Shown piece by piece: positions 59,461 to 64,000 of a stretch of 64,000 nt of DNA (the first letter of the stretch is position 1; each line of letters opens with the position of its first letter). Origin of the DNA: an uncultured Rhodobacteraceae bacterium (GTDB lineage Bacteria > Pseudomonadota > Alphaproteobacteria > Rhodobacterales > Rhodobacteraceae); assembly GCA_937138255.1 (NCBI GenBank), contig CAKZOU010000033.1:14622-78621 (forward strand), read 5' to 3'. A model generated the notes under the pieces. The model made no database searches, was not told the origin of the DNA, and saw only the letters and a program-made list of their open reading frames with translations. The position numbers and the translations under genes are program-made.

Positions 59461-61149
59461 TTAGCTGTGTTCTTCGCGAGCCTTCTCAGCCAGGGCCCGG
59501 TTGTAGGCGCGCAGGGCATCGACATGGTAAAGTGCGCCCAGAAGATCAGGTGATCGATCTTCTCCTCGAATTCGGACAACGGGAAGAAAGTCTTGGCCCG
59601 TCTCCTCGAAATCGGGGAGCGCTTGGCGCAAGGTGTCGGAGGCGTCGATATAGCGGCCCTCACGGATCATCTCCCAACAGGTTTCTTCACTCGGAGCCCT
59701 CACGGTCCCGATCGCCCGCATGACGCTGGTCACGCGGACCTTGCCCAGAAGATAGGTCTGCGGCCCGGCGGCCAGATGGATGCCGCGGCGTTCGAGTTGG
59801 GTGAGAAAGAACGAACGGTCGACGAGGCGAGAGGCCAGCGCGGTCGAGAGAGAAACGGCAACCATCACCGCAAGGCCCGTCTGCCAGTCGCCGGTCAGCT
59901 CGAAAATGATGAGCGTGGTCGAGATCGGCGCCCCGAGAACGGCAGCCGCCACCGCGCCCATGCCGGCAAGGGCATAGAGCGTCGCCGGGCTTGAGCCCTC
60001 GGGAAAGACGTTGGTCGCGACGATGCCAAAGGCGAGACCAGCCAATGCCCCGACCATCAGAGAAGGGCTAAAGACCCCGCCGCCCATTCGCCCGCCGATT
60101 GTCACCGCCACAGCGATGATCTTGATCACGACAAAGACCACGGCTTGCAGCAAGAGAATCCGCCCCGTAACGGCCTCGGATGTCACGCCCCAGCCGACGC
60201 CGATGATATGCGGCCACCAGATCGCCATACCCCCTAGTATGGCTCCTGCAATCACTGGGCGCAGAATCCGGTGAATGCCGAACCGCTCTTGCACCACATC
60301 GCCAAAGCCTTCGGCCCAGAAGATCGATTTCATCAGGGTCGCTGCAACAAGCCCCGCGAAAAGGCCAAGGACGACAAAGGCCGGCAGTTCGGCATAGAAC
60401 CCCAGCTCTGTGTTGGGTGAGAGGTAGAATTCCGTCACATCCCCCATGACAAGGCGGCTCACCACGGTGCCCGCGACCGACGCAATGGCAATGGGGGCGA
60501 AGGCATTGACCGCGTAGTGCCGCAGCACCACCTCGAGGGCAAAAAGACCGCCCGCGATCGGCGCATTGAAACTGGCGGAGACAGCCCCGGCAACGGCACA
60601 GCCCATCAGGGTCCGGCCATGAACGCCATCGGCGTGAATCCATCGGCTCACATAGGTCGCCATGACCGCCGCCAGATGGACCACCGGCCCCTCGCGCCCG
60701 CTCGAGCCACCGGTCGAAAGGGTGATGAAGCTTGCCAGCGCCGAGGCAAGGCCCGCGCGGCGTGCGACGCGCCCTTCTCGCAGAGCCGCGCCTTCGATCA
60801 CATCGGCCACCGCTCGAACGCGGCCGTCGCCTGTGAAGATATGCAGCAATGTCCCGACTGCGAGCCCGCCGAACATCGGGATCGCCAGCAGCCAATACCA
60901 TTTGATCCGTGCCGCTTCCTGATGGATATGCGCGACATTGTCGGTGCCATAGAACAGCGATTGCAGCTCGCCCACGCCGATCCGAAAGAGCAGCGCCGCA
61001 AAGGCCGCCGCGACACCGATCAAAAGGGCGATGAACCAGAACTGAACCTCGCTCGGCCCCTTGCGGCGCATCACGCGCAGGCCATCCGCAAGCCCGCGCC
61101 GCAAGCCCTCGAATGTCTCGCGAAAGTAGCCACCCAGCTGTTCTGCCAT
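59461..61149 (-). CDS. ClC-family voltage-gated chloride channel/antiporter with a C-terminal CBS region
   Basis: 562 aa with the selectivity motifs GSSGREGP and GAPISTTLIIFELTG. Confidence 0.9.
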   Translation of the reverse strand: MAEQLGGYFRETFEGLRRGLADGLRVMRRKGPSEVQFWFIALLIGVAAAFAALLFRIGVGELQSLFYGTDNVAHIHQEAARIKWYWLLAIPMFGGLAVGTLLHIFTGDGRVRAVADVIEGAALREGRVARRAGLASALASFITLSTGGSSGREGPVVHLAAVMATYVSRWIHADGVHGRTLMGCAVAGAVSASFNAPIAGGLFALEVVLRHYAVNAFAPIAIASVAGTVVSRLVMGDVTEFYLSPNTELGFYAELPAFVVLGLFAGLVAATLMKSIFWAEGFGDVVQERFGIHRILRPVIAGAILGGMAIWWPHIIGVGWGVTSEAVTGRILLLQAVVFVVIKIIAVAVTIGGRMGGGVFSPSLMVGALAGLAFGIVATNVFPEGSSPATLYALAGMGAVAAAVLGAPISTTLIIFELTGDWQTGLAVMVAVSLSTALASRLVDRSFFLTQLERRGIHLAAGPQTYLLGKVRVTSVMRAIGTVRAPSEETCWEMIREGRYIDASDTLRQALPDFEETGQDFLPVVRIRGEDRSPDLLGALYHVDALRAYNRALAEKAREEHS

Positions 61150-61217
61150 GCCCCTCGCCGCTTTTCCTTGCCGGCGGCCTCAACTAACCTGCCCCGGACA
61201 ATAGAGTTGAGCCTGCC

Positions 61218-62591
61218 ATGACAATCGAAACCGCCATCCACGCCCTTCAATCCTTTCTAGGGGATCGTATCACGCGGTCCAAGTCTGATCGCGATCTGCA
61301 TGGGCAATCGGAAAGCCATTTTCCCCCGACCCCACCAGATGCTGTCGCCTATCCCGAGAACACGGCTGAGGTGGCGGCGCTGGTGCGGATCTGCGCCGAA
61401 CATGGCTGCCCGGTGATCGGCTGGGGCGCGGGGACATCGCTTGAAGGGCATGGCCTCGCCATTCGCGGCGGGATCTCGGTCGATTTCTCGCGGATGAACA
61501 GGGTTCTCGAGGTCAGCCCCGAGGATATGGACGCCCGCGTCCAACCCGGTGTCACCCGCGAGGCGCTGAATGCCGAGCTGCGCGCCACAGGCCTCTTCTT
61601 CCCCGTCGATCCCGGCGCCAACGCGAGCCTCGGCGGCATGGCCGCCACGCGGGCGAGCGGCACGACCGCCGTGCGCTATGGCACGATGCGCGACAATGTC
61701 TTGGGGCTTGAGGTCGTTCTGGCCGATGGCCGGATCATCCGCACCGGCACCCGCGCCCGCAAATCCTCGGCGGGCTATGACCTTACCGCGCTTTTCGTGG
61801 GCTCCGAGGGCACGCTTGGCCTCATCACCGAGCTGACCCTGCGCCTGCGCGGCCAGCCGCAGGCCACCTCGGCCGCTGTTTGCGCCTTCGAGACGATGGA
61901 GGGCGCGGTGGCCGCCGTGATCGAGACGATCCAAAGCGGCGTGCCGATGGCGCGGATCGAGTTTGTCGATGCGGCCACGGCGCTGGCGGTCAACGGCTTT
62001 TCCGGGGCCAATTTCCCCGCCCTGCCCCATCTTCTTGTCGAGTTCCATGGCACCGAAGCAGGCGTGGCCGAACAGGCCGAGACCTTTGGCGCCATCGCCG
62101 CCGAGCATGGCGGGCGCGGCTTCGATTGGGCGCGGCAGGCGGAGGACCGCAACCGCCTGTGGAAGATGCGCCACGACGCCTATCTGGCGATCCTCGCCTC
62201 GCGCCCCGGCGCGCGGGCCATCGTCACCGATGTCTGCGTGCCGATCTCGCGGCTGGCGGAGGCCGTGGCCGAAACGCAGGCCGATATCGAAGCCTCGCCG
62301 ATCCCCGGCCCGATCCTCGGCCATGTGGGCGACGGAAATTTCCACGCGATCCTGTTGATGGACACCTCAAACCCCCAAGAGGTCGAAGCCGCCGAGGCGC
62401 TGTCCGCCCGTATGGCCGAACGTGCCCTGCGGCTTGGCGGGACCGTCACGGGCGAACATGGCGTCGGCATGGGCAAGCTTGCCTATATGGAGGCCGAGCA
62501 CGGCGGCGGCTGGGATGTGATGGGGGCGATCAAGGCGGCCCTCGATCCCGAGGGGATCATGAACCCCGGCAAGATCGTCCGCGGCAACTAG
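61218..62591 (+). CDS. FAD-linked oxidase (D-lactate dehydrogenase / GlcD-like)
   Basis: 457 aa with an FAD-binding PCMH domain (VIGWGAGTSLEGH) and the C-terminal GEHGVGMGK. Confidence 0.85.
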   Translation: MTIETAIHALQSFLGDRITRSKSDRDLHGQSESHFPPTPPDAVAYPENTAEVAALVRICAEHGCPVIGWGAGTSLEGHGLAIRGGISVDFSRMNRVLEVSPEDMDARVQPGVTREALNAELRATGLFFPVDPGANASLGGMAATRASGTTAVRYGTMRDNVLGLEVVLADGRIIRTGTRARKSSAGYDLTALFVGSEGTLGLITELTLRLRGQPQATSAAVCAFETMEGAVAAVIETIQSGVPMARIEFVDAATALAVNGFSGANFPALPHLLVEFHGTEAGVAEQAETFGAIAAEHGGRGFDWARQAEDRNRLWKMRHDAYLAILASRPGARAIVTDVCVPISRLAEAVAETQADIEASPIPGPILGHVGDGNFHAILLMDTSNPQEVEAAEALSARMAERALRLGGTVTGEHGVGMGKLAYMEAEHGGGWDVMGAIKAALDPEGIMNPGKIVRGN

Positions 62592-64000
62592 CCCAAGAGC
62601 GCCTTGGCCGCGGCGCGGGCGGCATCGGTGATCTGGTCGCCCGAAAGCATTCGCGCGATCTCGTCTATGCGCTCTGTCGCATCGAGCGGCACCACAGCCG
62701 TAGTGGTCTCGGTCTCGGTCTGCCGCTTCTCGACCCGCCAGTGATGGCCTGCGAGTGCGGCGACCTGCGGCGAGTGGGTCACGACCAAGACCTGCCCCTC
62801 CTTGGCCAGAGCTGCCAGCCTGCGGCCCACGGCATCGGCCGTGGCCCCGCCCACGCCGCGGTCGATCTCGTCGAAAATCAGGGTAAGGCCCGCATCGGTC
62901 TGGGTCAGGCAAACCTTGAGCGCCAGAAGGAACCGGCTGAGTTCGCCGCCCGAGGCGATCTTGGCCAAGGGGCCGGCGGGCGCGCCGGGGTTTGTGGCGA
63001 CAGTAAAGGCGACCTGATCGAAGCCCTCGGGACCAGCCTCGGTTTGGCTGATCTCGGTCGAAAAGAGCGCCCGCTCCATCTTGAGCGGCGCAAGCTCGCC
63101 CGCCATGGCCTTGTCGAGCCGTTTTGCCGCCTCGTGGCGCGTGGCGCTCAAGGCTTTGGCGGCGGCAGCATAGGCCGCTTCAGCGTTGTTCAGATTGGCC
63201 CTGAGGGTCTTTAGACCCGCCTCGCTGTTGTCGAGCGCCTCGATCCGGGCGCGGAAATTCTCGGCCAGCGCGGGCAGATCATCGGGCGCCACGCCATGTT
63301 TGCGGGCAAGGCCGCGGATCGCGAAAAGGCGCTCCTCCAGCCGTTCCAGATCACTCGCATCGAAACTCAGCGCCTCGAGGCAATCCTCGACCCCGCGCTG
63401 CGCTTCGCCCAGTTCGGTCATGGCCCGCTCGAGCGCCGCCAAAGGCTCGTCGAGCCGCCCCTCGGCCCTGTCGGCGGCATCGCCCAACCAGCGCGAGGCA
63501 TCCGAGAGCATCCCCTCGGCCCCCTCATAGCCCAACGCCTGATGGGCGCGGCCGATATCGGCGCGGATCTTCTCGGCGGCCTGCATCAGGCGGCGCTTCG
63601 CATCGAGCGCCTCGTCCTCGCCCACCTCGGGCGACAGCGCGTCAAGCTCCGCCGCCGCGTGGCGCAGATATTCCTCTTCGGCCCGCGCCTCGGCCAGCCG
63701 GACCTCGGCATCGGCCAGCGCCTTGGCGGCGGCGGTTCTGGCGGACCATGCCTTGCGGGTCTCGGCCAGAAGATCGCCCGCCTCGGCAAAAGTATCGAGA
63801 AGTTGCCTGTGCCCGCGCGGATTGAGAAGGCCACGGTCGTCGTGCTGGCCGTGCAACTCGACAAGCCCCTCGGACAAGGCCCGCAAGACCTCGCCCGACA
63901 CCCGCCGGTCGTTGACCCAAGCCGTCTTGCGCCCGTCGGCCGCATTGACCCGCCGCAGGATCAACTCGCCGTCCTCGGCCTCGATCCCCGCCTCGGCCAG
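62588..64000 (-). CDS. recN: DNA repair protein RecN, C-terminal ~470 aa (5' end lies beyond the window)
   Basis: The frame is open to nt 64000. It has coiled-coil Ala/Glu-rich segments and an SMC-type signature (ASGGELSRFLLALK, IFDEIDRGVGG). Its stop shares CTAG with the upstream oxidase stop. Confidence 0.9.
   Translation of the reverse strand: MAEAGIEAEDGELILRRVNAADGRKTAWVNDRRVSGEVLRALSEGLVELHGQHDDRGLLNPRGHRQLLDTFAEAGDLLAETRKAWSARTAAAKALADAEVRLAEARAEEEYLRHAAAELDALSPEVGEDEALDAKRRLMQAAEKIRADIGRAHQALGYEGAEGMLSDASRWLGDAADRAEGRLDEPLAALERAMTELGEAQRGVEDCLEALSFDASDLERLEERLFAIRGLARKHGVAPDDLPALAENFRARIEALDNSEAGLKTLRANLNNAEAAYAAAAKALSATRHEAAKRLDKAMAGELAPLKMERALFSTEISQTEAGPEGFDQVAFTVATNPGAPAGPLAKIASGGELSRFLLALKVCLTQTDAGLTLIFDEIDRGVGGATADAVGRRLAALAKEGQVLVVTHSPQVAALAGHHWRVEKRQTETETTTAVVPLDATERIDEIARMLSGDQITDAARAAAKALLG

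Noticed and set aside
61150-61217. A possible fluoride riboswitch upstream of the ClC gene.
   Set aside because: The spacer is only 68 nt and lacks the conserved crcB-motif segments as I remember them. The channel is a long CBS-containing ClC, not the short fluoride-specific type. Only a 7-bp inverted repeat (CTCAACT...AGTTGAG) is present.

Overview
This is a 64-kb chromosomal segment from a GC-rich alphaproteobacterium, most consistent with Rhodobacteraceae. That placement is an inference from protein signatures: a Rhodobacter/Paracoccus-type NuoA, a cytochrome c2, a Hint_2 (bacterial intein-like) protein, a bolA / J-domain / cobS / cobT neighbourhood, and an isolated trpA. I support about 59 densely packed protein genes, nearly all core or catabolic metabolism. 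In order they are: a partial GGDEF-EAL gene; a stand-alone nuoA; the leucine/isovalerate (liu) operon; glmU-glmS; moaA; a three-enzyme amidohydrolase/flavoenzyme operon divergent from a five-gene peptide/opine-type ABC importer; yeeE; DUF3422; an ornithine decarboxylase with a long structured leader; pntAB; a split kynurenine cluster (kynU, kynA) next to iorAB-like molybdenum hydroxylase genes; a small low-GC islet with a Hint-domain protein and a membrane cytochrome c; a puuD-like gene; glcB-glcG; gatB; trpA; idi; cytochrome c2; bolA; a J-domain protein; cobS-orf-cobT; pepP; a ClC channel; a D-lactate dehydrogenase-like oxidase; and partial recN. I saw no rRNA, tRNA, CRISPR array, transposase, integrase or phage gene. 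No obvious transcription-factor gene occurs anywhere in the window. I could not identify a convincing novel multi-gene system. The most unusual spots are the Hint/BIL islet, the odc leader, several perfect palindromes in promoter regions, a two-copy intergenic element, the exported mini-ORF translationally coupled between cobS and cobT, and nuoA separated from any nuoB. All functional calls rest on motifs read from the supplied translations and on hand inspection of the DNA, not on database searches. Start codons were refined by eye and are approximate.
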